This document shows positions 26,943 through 52,996 of a stretch of DNA of 64,000 nt, one piece after another; the first letter of the stretch is position 1, and each line of letters begins with the position of its first letter. Both the position numbers and the translations under genes were made by a program. This DNA comes from Amoebidium appalachense (taxonomy: Eukaryota; Protista; Ichthyosporea): contig CAVNZM010000001.1 of NCBI GenBank assembly GCA_963693365.1, positions 3,922,907 to 3,986,906 of the forward strand, in the 5' to 3' direction. Under the pieces are notes generated by a model. The model worked only from the letters and a program-made list of their open reading frames with translations, had not been told where the DNA came from and ran no database searches.

Positions 26943-27909
26943 GGTGGTAGCAAGGTAGTGTCTCCCTGCTCATATATGCACCTATATATCCCCAATGAGA
27001 CGCCAGGTCTCTGCAGGAGAGGAGGCGGGTTAGTTTGCACACACACTGGCACAGTTTCTCTACCTTCCATCTCTTTCTCCCCCTGTACCCCCGACTCTGC
27101 CCCCCCTGCTCCCCCATCCAACCCCCAACCCACCCACCCCCATACTCAAGCTCACACATGCCCTGCCAAGGATCTCTTCAACTTCTCTACCTTCGGCTGT
27201 CTCCTCTCTTTCTAGCCCACTCACAACACACCCCACCATCCAGCTCTTTAAAGTCTGCATTCAGGTTTGGCTCAGGGTGGTTTCCGTGCGGCGAAAGTGC
27301 TAGATGGGTGCACAGACATAGGTCGGTGGTTCTAAGGGGAAAACTTCCGAGCTCGGCTCAGTTTGCCCCATATAGAAGTACAATTGGCGATAAATGTCCC
27401 AACGCTTATATTATTTTTTTTCCTTTTTGCACATCATTGTCGACATGTACACTCCCAACATCTCAGCTGCTGCTCCTAGAACTGTTTGTCATCGTTTACT
27501 CATGGTGTCAGCTGCACCTTTATCTTCCCTGTTTTATAGGTTGAAAACAAAATCTGCGCAATAGCTGTGACGAGAACACTAGTCTTGTCATAGACAGCAC
27601 ACACGGCACATAGCATCTCGCTTCACTCAAATCAGTGCGAAGCCCACCTCCCCCTTCACCGATTGACCATGAGCCGCCTTGTTAAAACCAGCGCAGCCCT
27701 TCCTCGGTCTTTTCCGCCTTTCCTCCTCAGTAATCGCAATGCACGGGGGAAGGCTATCGAAACCAGTGAGGGAAGAGAAAAAAACAAACATACCATGAAC
27801 GTAAGTTAGTGTGAGGCGGTAGGAAGCGACATGGGGAGGTCTCTGTTGACCGAACGAAGCACTCACACTGCCGCGCCGTGTTGGCTCGCTGCCATTTTGA
27901 GTGCACTCA

Positions 27910-28660
27910 CCCACCAATCAATTCCTCCAGGATCTTTTAGGCGAAACACTTGCATGGCGTGTAGCCAATTAGATCGTGGAAAAGGGTGACCCCGACTACT
28001 ATGGTGTCGGCTTAGCCAATCAGCAATAATCACCAGCCAGGATTGTGTTTGTGTTCAGCAAATTGCAGAGAAACTGCTGATTTGCAGCTAATCAGAACGA
28101 TTAATCATTCCGCTAAGCCAATTATGCACTCCGTTGGGGGGGTGGCGTACTGCAAGCCTTTCGACATACTGACACCCTATGATACAATGGAAAAAACAAC
28201 CAAGAGTGTTTTATCTGTTTACAGTTGGCCAACCTTCTGCATTAATTCCTTTTTAAATTATTCCAAATAATCATTTGCTGCACGGGTTTACATGCCATGA
28301 GCCTAGTTTGGAGGCGCATATACATCACACTTTTCGATTGGCTCCGCATTTTTGAGGTGCTCATGAGACTTCGCCGGGGATATACTTATGTCTCAGCCAA
28401 TCAGCGCGTCCACGAGTCCGGGCCAACGTGATGCAGCATGCCTTCCGCCAGCGTTGGGCCGATTGGCCCCCACAAAACTGGGAGTAAATAAACAAAACGC
28501 TCACCCAGACAAGAAAAAAAAAACTCCTTTAGCGCTTTTTGAAAAAGGAGAAGCCGATTATTTTTGCGTCTGTAATAATAATTTATTCATAGCACATTTG
28601 TAATCGAGTGTGTTTTTTTTTTTTTGCCTACGCATTTTCCGCTCCGATCGTTGATTGGAT
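27910..28660. promoter_or_regulatory. CCAAT-box-dense region, putative (bidirectional) promoter upstream of ACC
   Basis: About eight CCAAT/ATTGG boxes (~27915, 27965, 28016, 28119, 28337, 28397, 28462, 28654), mostly in a GCCAATCA-like context. The region lacks microsatellites. Confidence 0.55.
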
Positions 28661-30304
28661 GGGCTCCCCCGCACTGATCACATAACATGTCAACACAGCC
28701 TCACAGGCACTTGTGTCACACTGTTCCCCTATTCATAGCGAAGCCTTGCAAAGTCTGTTTACTTTCTCTTCGTTGTTTGTAGTTTCTTGAGTTTACTATA
28801 TTGCCGTTTGTTTTTACCTCTAACATCACTGTGAGCTTTCATTTTCACAATGCGTTTTCTTTTATAGCTGTGATGACACGCTCATTCTTTGCATTTGGCA
28901 TCGTTTCAACCAAGCCACTAGACCTTACTTGTTTACAAACACATCATGCCTAGATCCAACCACAGCTTGGTTTTACTTCTTTGCGTTTCCGTTGGCAACA
29001 AGAGGTGGGCGGCTGCCAGCGGAAGCAAATGACACTGATTTTTGTTCTTGTATTTACTTCCACCCTTATTGGATTAGGTAATGAGGCCTAATTTGTATGG
29101 CCGTCATAGTCCCTGCACAGTAGGTGTCGGCAGAGCGGATCCATTTCCTTCATGGCCACTATCATGTCTATGTTTCGAGGACTTGCATGAAATGTGTTTT
29201 TCTCTGTTCTATTGGTGTGTAAAAGATAACACGCTTGTTGCCCAACACGCACCGTCAATGACGAATCACCTCCTCTGAATCCACATTACAAATGGGGCAC
29301 CCATTCAAGTGTGCATCAACTATGACGGATGGTTCGATCTCTTGTAGCCGCTCGTACGCGTTGTTTGGCTTGTTGTTCCCCTGTCATGCGTAGAAGCAGC
29401 TGAGAGTTCATGCACATGCACAAACACCCGTGCCTCGTAAATGTCCTCAAGTTGCCATAGTATGATGATTACTGATGTTGATTATTGCTATCATTCATAG
29501 CATTTTTCTGTGCTTCCATAAGTGATAGTGTGTTCATTCTCGTGTTGACCTTTTTGGTCACTACCGAATGATGATGATTTGGGTGTGGATTTGTGGCGAC
29601 TTATTCTTCTAAGGTTGTCTCCCCTAATCATTAAATGAACTCTGTTTGTCTTACCCCTCTGTATTCGGATGATATTATCCATATGATACTGTTTTTGGTG
29701 TATGAATTCTCGCCTGTTCTTCAATCGTCATGAATACGTAGTCAGGGCATACACAGGTCACCCTCGAATTGTGTTTGCAAATATCCCTGGTATGCTGAGC
29801 ATACTAATCATGGCAGTCAAATAAACATCCGGTCAAAACCCAAAGTATTTGCGATAGCAATTTGAAATAATGCTTGTTTATGGTTTGGGTGTGTATAGAT
29901 CCCTCCCACTTCATATTCCTCGAACGAGCCATTCATAGTGGAAATCCGTAGAACAGTCTCAGTCAACATCATACCCCGTTTATACATTTATTAATGAGAC
30001 AATACACCAAGCTTCCGTCATATTCTGGATTGGGAAAAAATCTACATTTTCATACATATGAAACAACCCCAGTATCATTTACATTCAAATAGCAGTCCAT
30101 TAATGTGAAAAAAAACAGAAAAAAAAAACCCACACATATATTTATGGCGCATACTTTCGAATTCATATACATTCATGAGACGCTCCATCCATAGTCAAAC
30201 AACCCCTTGATACTCGTGATCAGAAACTCAACCAAATGTGTATGTGTACTATCCATTCAAATGCGTGAAACACACCAGAAAATGTATCACCATCGACCCA
30301 AATA

Positions 30305-30344
<40 letters not shown>

Positions 30345-30746
30345 ATCCCACCTCAAACAACAACAACCTCCCCCCTCCCCCTCCCTCCCCCCCCCCCCCC
30401 CCCCCCTTCCAAAAAAAAAAGAGAAACGAAAGAAAAAAGGAGGTCCGACGACAAACGTGTGTACATTCGCACACGAGCATCAATGATCCAAGAGTATATA
30501 ATAGAAATGTCAACCTAGACGACCTAAGGCCATCTATACACCATCCCCCTCCTATTCCTCTCCTCACTCCACATATCGTGCAACATGGGTGCGTGCGCAC
30601 GCGCAGACACACACACAGGCACATACAGACTGTACACGTGCACCACTCATTCGAATCAACACAATGCTGCCCACTAGCACACACACACACTCAAACACGT
30701 ATGTACATACACGGGCACGTCACCACACGAGACACGTATGACTACT

Positions 30747-32672
30747 CTACTTTGCCAGGAGAGTATCAACTGACACTGAATCACGCTCAAGTGTCCCCAC
30801 TAGGGGTGGGTAGGATGCACGAACAATATATCCATCCTCCGACAGTTTTAAAAATGACTGCTCCAATAGATGTGCTCCGTTATCTGTCCCCATCAGATCC
30901 ATAAGTGGCCGGTACACATTCCTATGATACACCACGGCAGATATATGGCTCATACCCCCATTGAAGTTGAAACACTTAACCTTGCGCCGGCTAGGAACGT
31001 TGGTTTTGAGCGTGTTCTTCACCATGTCTGTATTGGCCAGGGTCAACCCACCACATCGAATCCCCTTACATCCAGTAGATTCCCCCTCCGCATGAAATTT
31101 CCACCCAAGAATTAAAGCGCCCCCTTGCTTTTCCGTCCGCATATGTCCACCACAGCGGGGATCCAAGAAATAATCTCGCAATTTCTTGGCAAAGTTGGGC
31201 TCGAAAACGGCTTGATCCGAGATAATCATAACTACGGGGCCCAGTTCTTCCCTCTCTGCGATCTCAAAAATGGACGAAGTTGCCGATGCAAAATCAGTTC
31301 CTGGCGATTGCAAAGTAGCGCTTGGGTCTGAATCCGGCCCTACATTCACCCTCATCACGCGCCAATACCCCACCGTTTTCAAAGCCTCACTTACTTGTTC
31401 GAAATTTGCATCTCGGTTTTCAGCACTAACAACGAATACCGGCATCGAGTGGCTCATCTCTGTGGCGGTACTAACGGGAGGGGGGCATTCCGGTAAAAAG
31501 AACCCCGAAAATTCATACTGCACCGACGGATTATTCACGCAGGTGTGAGAATACGCCTTAGCAACCGCTTCACACGTCTTTTCCACTGCGTGCGATTGGA
31601 TAGCTTGAGTGCGACATCCCTTGATCTTGCGTACGATTGGTCGGATATACCCACTGTGTTGTCGGTGAAAACGGTAGAAGTATTCGGGTTTCTTGAGTGG
31701 GTGGACCAGTATCGAGTTGTGGAAATTTGCGGGGGGGACAGACGGAAAGCGTGCCGCGATCTGCTTGTAGGTATGATTTGGACTTGCATTTTCGTACTCC
31801 CGGGGAGACACCCGCCAATTTTCCATCTGCCAATATAAATTCACCATTTTGCCGCCCAAATTCACCCCTTCCACCGTTTCCATGCACTCCGTTTTCCCAA
31901 TTTTTACGATGCATTTTCCCCATTCGACATCGTCGTGTTCTACTTTCCGTTCTTTGTAGCATCTGCGAATATGGGGTCCTACTCCTCGGAGCAGTTTCTG
32001 GCTTACGAAATTTCCGTGCCCCAGGCAATAGGGGTGGTTGTTGAGCCCCAAGATTCCCTTGTCTTCATGTCTTCCGACCCCCCTCTCTCCAAAATACACC
32101 CATTGATACGTGACAGAACGGAGGGCTTCTGTCAGCTGTTCGGTGTTGACGTATGTGTCTCCGTCAATCTTGCCGAACCACCTGTGCACATTTGTGATTG
32201 TGTGTATGTGTGTATGTGTGTGTGCCCGCACGTGTGTGTGTGTGTGTGTGCGCGCGCACGCGCGCGTGCATGTGTGTGTGCGCGTGTGCATGTGCATGTG
32301 TGTACGCTTGTGCGTGTGCGTGTACATGTATGTGTGCGTGTGTGTGTGCGTGCCCGCACTGAGCATGTGCACGCATATGTGGATGCCGGTTTTAATAGGT
32401 TGCGTAAAGTTGTGTAATAGCCGGGTCTTGAGGAGTCCCGGAAGGTTGTAGGTTATTTGTGTGTGTGTGAACCAAAGGGGGGGAAGGGGGAGGGGGGGGT
32501 TCAGATGGTTATGTGTAAGAGCATGTCTCCTTTATCCGCTACTACTATGATTTTTGGGTTGCAGTTTCTTGCAAATGTGTTTCCACTTTTACCGAGTCTT
32601 ACAAAATCTAGGAGGTCAACCTTCAAACTAGTAAAGCCGGGCGGGAGGGCCGGGCGGGAGGGCCGGAGGGAG

Positions 32673-32714
<42 letters not shown>

Positions 32715-33115
32715 AAAACCAACGTGGTCCTAGCAGAGAGGGAGGGAAAAAGAAGAGGTGGAGGGGAAGGGGGGGAGGAGGAGGGGGGTAGTGGTGGTGG
32801 TGGTGGGGGGGGGGGGGAGCGTACGAATGTTTCCAACCGGTCAAAGTTCACGGTAATTTCGGGTGTTTAGGGCTAGTAGAGGAGCCCCTTGAACAATGGA
32901 GGAAGTGACGGGGTTATATGCCTGGGTGGTGGTGGTGGTGGTGGTGTGTGTGTGTGTGTGTGACGAAGAGTTTCGTTTTTATTTTTATTTTCCTTTTTCT
33001 TTTTTTTTCTTCTTCTTCTTTTTTTTTTTTTCCCCTCCCCATTTTTGTGTGTGCCGCTTTTGCGCCCACGGTGTGTGTGTGTGTTAGTGTGTTTGGGGGA
33101 GGGGAGGGGAGGTGT

Positions 33116-33163
<48 letters not shown>

Positions 33164-33853
33164 GGGGGGGGGGAGGGGGGGGGCTGAAACTGAGGACACT
33201 GACCTGTACTGGTGCACGTGATTGTCGTGCACGTGCTGCCACATTTTAAAGACTTTTTCGATTGGTGGATAGTTATCCGCCACATCCAACTGCACTATCG
33301 CCCACGTAGGCACTGCCGTTTTAACTCCATCCAGGTCTCCCCGTCCCACAAAAAAACGTATGTCGCATTCCTGCGATTGTTTGTTCTTGTCTATTCCACC
33401 GTGTTCTAGAAGGGGACTCGCCCATGTTTTTGCAACGGCGTCAGTGAGAGTGGAAAGGAGTTGAAGGGAGGAAACAACAGCGAGAAAACACAGTTTTGGG
33501 GGCGGAGTGGTGGTGGTGTTTTGACGGATGGCGCCAGAAGAAGAATTGTTCACGTGGTTTTTTTGCGCTCTGTGCACATACTTTTCTTGCACGTGTTTCT
33601 CCTCCGAGTGTTGTACTTGCACGTGTTGGAGTTGTTCTGCAGGCACATTTTCACCCAAGTAGACGTGATTTTGATTGGAAATAACAAATGTGCGCGTGTC
33701 CAAACGAAGTGTGGTGGTGCGATCGAAAATTCCAGCAAGGGGGAGAAACACGTGTGCAAGAAGAACGTAGAAGGCAGCGGAAAGAATTGTGCAAAGGGCT
33801 AGGCGGCGGATTAGAGAGCCCGGGTGGGAATGGGAGAGAGTGGGTCGAGCCAT
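30747..33853 (-). CDS. Type II membrane glycosyltransferase: chondroitin-synthase-like GT31 domain plus a degenerate C-terminal GT-like domain, 2 exons, ~694 aa
   Basis: Exons 33853-33204 and 32181-30747 join as ..[17 protein letters not shown]-terminal TM anchor. [17 protein letters not shown] and [16 protein letters not shown] parallel the CHSY1 N-terminal domain (YPPQKKSF..WFMRADDDVY..FCMG..HEDVEVGRCV). Confidence 0.8.
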
Positions 33854-34912
33854 GTTGAGGCGTTGTGTAACTAAAAAGGCAGCCTTAGTGGAAGGGGAAA
33901 AAATGTACCGGTCAAAAGGGGGGGGGGGGGGGGGGACAAGGGGGGGGGGGTTTGATGGTATTTAGAAGGCTTCGGCTCCTGGGGTTAGTACCCCACCAAA
34001 GAAGGTTAAGACAAAAAAAACGGGGAAAGAAGGAAGCTTAAGAAAGAAAATAAAACAAGACAATTAACGACACAATAAGAACGGGAATTCAGAGTCTGAG
34101 ACTTAGTGGGAATATGCCCCTGTCAAAATTTAATAGGAACATGACGTCTTTCAAATGGTGACAGTGTGCCGTGATCTAAACTTTGGGGCATATGATGACA
34201 TCTGGTTGCAGTGACAGGGGGTCACTGAACGTGTGTTTGTTGCTTTTAGAGCTCAAACGGTGCTGGCTATTTTCGGGCCATTCCAAATTGAGCAACCATT
34301 GTTGGCTGCTCAAGAAAACGGTTGATTATAAAAAGGTTTTTCTTTTCTTTATACTGGTTTTCCCTGTTCTAGCTTGCCTGCCTTCTTTCTCGGGTTTTGT
34401 TTAGTAAACAAAGTTTTGTCTTCTACGTAAATGGGTGGGTGGATTTGGGAGGAGAGGGGGGAGAAGGAGGGTGGGGCCCATAAAAAAAAAAAGGGGGGGG
34501 GGGGGGGGGGAGAGGGGGGAGGGGAGGAGGGGAGGGGAAGGGGGGGGACTGGGTATGATTTCTACTTTGCCCCAACGGACACACCGTGTAATCGTGGCGT
34601 TGTCAATGTGCGTACAATTAAACAGCAACCGAGATGTAAGATGGTTTTCAAAAATTTAAACACTGCTGGGAATCCGAGTTTTCAGTATCCCTATTTTTTT
34701 GTATCTGGTTTAACGAACCACGCTGGGTCGGAAAAAGCATACCTATGACACATGTGTGGGTTGAAGGACGTGCAGAGAATTGGCCCGGTACCGGCAGGGA
34801 TGCACGTGGTGGTGGTGAATAGGGTGTGTGTGTGTGTGTGTGTGTGCACGTGTGTGACGTGTGCGCGCACGCGTGTGTGTGCATGTACGTGTTATCACGT
34901 GTGTGTCTCACG

Positions 34913-34944
<32 letters not shown>

Positions 34945-34981
34945 ATCGCGATTGTGGGGGGTGGGTGGGTGGGTGGTTGCG

Positions 34982-35024
<43 letters not shown>

Positions 35025-35693
35025 CTTTTGGTTGGGAAACTGTTCACGAGGCCTGCATGGGCAAGGACAGAAAAAGGACATGAACAAACACAAGCCGCTA
35101 TAGAACCCAAGCAAGCGTAATTACGGCAACTATGCGAGAGGGGGAGGGGAGAACACCTGGTGAGCGACTGCATCTCGGCAAACAGAACATTAGGAGTTGT
35201 GTATACACATTCACATTAGTCACGTGATAGCACGTGGTACGGTAGGGCTGGCTTTACATGTAGAGACTTCACTTCAGCAGAAATAGATATATCAGAACAT
35301 TATTCGATCCGTAGACAAGAGAGGCGGAACAAAAACAAAGAATAGAAATAGGCGAGAAAATTAAGATCGAAAATAATCAGATATCAGACAATAGTGGGTG
35401 GTAAACCGAACAAATGGTTGTGTTCAGTCCTCCCCCCCCCCCCCTCCCCTTTCCCCCCCGTGTGTATGTGAGTATATGTGTGTGTGTTTATCTGTGTGCA
35501 CGTGCCATAACACGTGGCCTACCAAGTTCACTGTCCCGACCTGCAGGACCAAACATACCAATGGACATTAAAACCGCCCCCCTAAAAAGGTAACCAAATA
35601 GCAATTAACCTTTAACCACGTACACATCAACGCAATCACTTCATATACCGTACTTAGGAACCCACGAAACCCACGAAATCTCACATACATAAA

Positions 35694-35835
35694 CGAAACT
35701 AGTGTGCACATGATTGCTCTCTAGTCCCCTGGTGAAGGGTTGGATCGTGCATACACTACGTTAGCTGCTCATTTACGAGACCCAAGAACTACCAGAATAT
35801 TGTGTCTCTCTGTATCCTCTTTGTATCACTTCAAA
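35694..35835 (+). mobile_element. Diverged relative (copy D) of the short interspersed element, ending TTCAAA just before a (TG)n tract
   Basis: Ungapped match of CGAAACT (1-7), GAT (19-21) and CCCCTGnnGAnGGG (33-46) to 62533 onward. The distance from CGAAAC to the terminal TTCAAA is the same 142 bp. Confidence 0.5.
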
Positions 35836-35896
35836 TGTCTGTGTGTGTGTCTGAGTGGTATGCATGTGTTTGTGTGTTTGTGTTTGTGTTTGTGTT

Positions 35897-35933
<37 letters not shown>

Positions 35934-36058
35934 GCGTGTGCGTGTGTGCAAGCATATGTATATTGTTTGTGTGTATATGTGCACGTTACGTGCATGTGTA
36001 TGTGACGATACATGCACCTACACATGCACACACAAACACACCCACACATCAATATTTC

Positions 36059-49423
<13,365 letters not shown>

Positions 49424-50365
49424 CCTTGCACGTCTCTCCCCCGTGTGTGCGCTCACCTGTGTGGTTGCCCTACACCACACATGTTCCTTGTTGTGATGCT
49501 ACCTGTATGTACCCTTGCCACTCAAGCCCCCTCTCTCTCTACCCTGATCTTAGCCCATGCACTGAGTGGGCCATGCAACCTAAGAGCTATTTTAAATGCC
49601 GCTTGAATGATATGCCCCTTAGTAGAGGAGTTTTACAAGAAAGATGCTCAAGCATCAATTCTTTTCTATACGTACACAACGGTGTTCGTTCTTTGCATGG
49701 GGAGAGGCCTGCAGAAGAGAGTTTAGAAAGCGGGAGGATTCTTGTTCTAGGAATCAACCGCTCTCAAGTATTCCTAAGGGTTTTCTACAACACACTCTGA
49801 TATGAAGAGATAATAGCAGGAAGAAGCAACTACGTCCACTAATTCTTGAAGGCAGGCGTGAGATCTCCCTCTCTCTCCCTCTTTTTTTTTTATCTTGGCC
49901 GGCCAAGCACGAAACTTTTTATTTGGACTGCAGCAGTCCTGGGGTCGCCGACCGGTGCAGCTGCAGTCGGACTCCCGCTAGCACCAAGACAAAAATGACG
50001 TCACGTAATATCAGATTATCCGCTGATACATTTGGTTGAAGAGTGAAAGTATTTCCAAAGGTATCCATTGACAGACTATCATAATTTGGCCCACTAGAAA
50101 GAGGTCTATATATAGGTATCTCAGGGAGAAAAAGAGCTATATTTAGATGTGAAAACATTTTTATAACATTTGTGAGATAGCAGAGCATGCAAAGATAGTA
50201 AAACCCCCACATCTTTTCGATTAGAGTTTTGAGCCCCTGTAATTTTGATTTAGCAAACAGCTGTTGTATATCTGCAATCATTGCGGGCACACGTGCACAG
50301 CAATGATAAAAACTGCTGTTGGACAGTTGGAGGACAGCGGAAGTAAAAAAAACGAGGAAAAAAAA

Positions 50366-50503
50366 ATGACCGAAGCAGGCGTGAGAAAGAAGAAGGCAGA
50401 CCGCAAGGTCGAAATAGTAAGTGCATGCGTGTGGTGGGCGGGTCGGAGGGCTATGATTGCATGCGCGTGCGTGCCAGGTGCATGTGTGAAGGAATTGGCT
50501 GGT

Positions 50504-50537
<34 letters not shown>

Positions 50538-51084
50538 GGCTGGGGTGGTAGGCACAGGCTGACTGGTTATGGGTAAGTATGATAAAAACTCTGGCGGAGG
50601 AATCAGAGGAGCTGGGTCTAGTTCGTAATCTAGTTTTCTTCGAAACTGTGAGGTACGCTGAAGGGATTGAGGGAATGAAGGCTGGAAGGGCCGGGAGCAA
50701 GATGCACTTGAGAGATTCCCTTGTTTGCTTTGGGGTGTTCCGGGGAGGGATAGTTGAGGAAGCGACAGAAGGAGGGCAGTGGTGTGTGTGGGCGGCCCGA
50801 TGGAGCGTGCGTGGCAACCAGCAAAAGGGCTGGTGTGAGGGCGTGGTATGTGTGTGTTGGTGTGCACGTGTGTGTGCTGGTGGGTGGGCGGGTGGGCGGG
50901 TGGGTGGTTGGGGGTTGTGAAGATTTTCTTGTATTGTTTGTATGCTTCTGGGTTACTGACGTGCGGTGATATTGTTGCGCAGTTGACCACAGCAGCGGAG
51001 GGAGACTCTTGTGTGACGTTTAAGCTGAACGATGAGGATCACACTCTGGGCAACGCACTGCGCTACATCATTATGAAAAAGTAG

Positions 51085-51116
<32 letters not shown>

Positions 51117-51525
51117 GTGTGCGCACGTTTGTGTGTGTGTGCGCATGTGTGTGTGTGTGTGTTTGCATAGAGAAGCAGGCATGTGTTGTGCATACTTCTG
51201 AAGCTACGTGGATGGGTGGCGAGAGGTCCTGTGGGTGTTCACACAAAGACTAGTGTGCTTGTGCCGCCTGGGGTGTTGATATAGAATGATGCACGTGTGT
51301 GTGTGTGTGTGTGTGTATGGTAGATGTGGTAAGAATGGTGTCTGGGTGGGTGGATAGATGGTGCTGGTGCTGGTGTGTGTGTGTGTGTGGGAGGGGCTAG
51401 TGTGTGTGTGTGTGTGTTTGTGTGTGTGTGTGGAGGGAGGGAGGGAGTAAGAGCGAAAAGGTTTTGAGCTCGTCTTTGGTTAGCTGAGGCTTCTTATCAC
51501 TCACGTTGGGAGCAGGTAGGGTTTT

Positions 51526-51562
<37 letters not shown>

Positions 51563-52699
51563 CTAGCAATGAGGAATTGGATTTTGGTGTGTGTGTTTGT
51601 GGGGGGGGGGGGGGGGGTACAATCTTATGAGTTGAGGTTTTTGTTTGTACTAACGGCGGCCTCTACAGCCCCGACACGGAGTTCTGTGGCTACACGGTGC
51701 CTCACCCCTCAGACGAATGCATCAAGCTGAGAATCCAAACACGACGTATGTATTAATCCACCCTCTACTCGTATTCCCATGTTTGCCTCCTCCTCAGCTC
51801 TCTGTTATTTTGGTAGGGCAATATCATTTGTGATGTCAAGCCCTCCTGGCTTTCCTTGAAGCTGACATTCGTTTGTTTTTTGTGAAAGTGTCGTTTTAGA
51901 TGAAGAATTTGGAAAGTGTTGACTAGCTGCCGCACTTACGTATTGAAGAGTGCCAAAAGCCATTGCACTTGTCATAAAGCCATTAGAAACCTTATTTGTG
52001 TATTAGCTAAAGAAAGAGGTGAACCCGTGCACTTGCATATTAAAGCTCAACGGCAGCTCTCGGTGGCCGGTGGGTGTCGAAGCAGTGCAAAAGTAGAATG
52101 CATCGGGCCATTTGATTGGTTGTGCCGAGTGGGTGCTGCCGTGTAAACCTGTGCACGGGGTGGTTTTCACGCCGTACACGTGGTTTCTCGGTGGGGCCTG
52201 GGAACGATGACCAGATGGTGGATGCTACATGTTTCTAGCAAGTTCTTTGCCTTGACTCAGTGTGTGCATGTTGTCGTTTGAATTGTGCTTGTATCGATTG
52301 CATTGGTGTTGGTATGTGTGCTTGATAGAAAGACACTAATATTAGTTTTTGTTGCCTCGTAGCTGGTTTCTGTGCCCCCCCCCCCCCACACACACACAAA
52401 AAAAAAAAAAAGGAGATGAAGGAGAAAGAAAGCCACACAAACACGCACACATGTGCGTGCGCGCGGCATGTGAAATGATGGTTCCCAAAAGTTCCTAACA
52501 ACTTAATTCAGATTGAGCTTGCTATTATATAAGTGATCTGGTGTTCTATAGATTTCCACATTACTAAGCGTGTGTTCTATTTATAGAGGGTGTGTCTGCT
52601 GTCGAGGTGTTCAAGAAGGGCCTGCGTGATTTGGAGGAGGTATGCAAGCACGTGGATGCCGTGTTCACGCAGAGTGTCGCAGACTACAAGGCCCAGTAA
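50366..52699 (+). CDS. POLR1D: RNA polymerase I/III shared subunit AC19 (RPAC2/POLR1D), 4 exons
   Basis: Exons 50366-50416, 50983-51080, 51669-51745 and 52587-52699. Motif [55 protein letters not shown]. An in-frame upstream ATG at ~50303 is an alternative start. Confidence 0.93.
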
Positions 52700-52951
52700 T
52701 CACGTGATGTGTACGTGCACACGCACGTGCAAGAAACACGTGTACGATGATGGCGAAGGAATAGGCCCGGCACTTCTCAGTGGATGCATTCGACGCTGAG
52801 AGACGGTGCTGTGCATGGGAAGAGAGTTTTTTTGAATGTATGTAGTTTCTGTTTAAACCGTCAACAGAAAGAGAAATGACGCAACTCATGCCAGAATATT
52901 GTCGTATGAACATGCATGTGATAGCATAGCAAAATCCATCCGTGTCCTCTT

Positions 52952-52996
<45 letters not shown>

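Noticed and set aside
29300-29360. GGTTCGATC B-box-like word suggesting a tRNA
   Set aside because: No acceptor stem, D-arm or anticodon arm can be formed.
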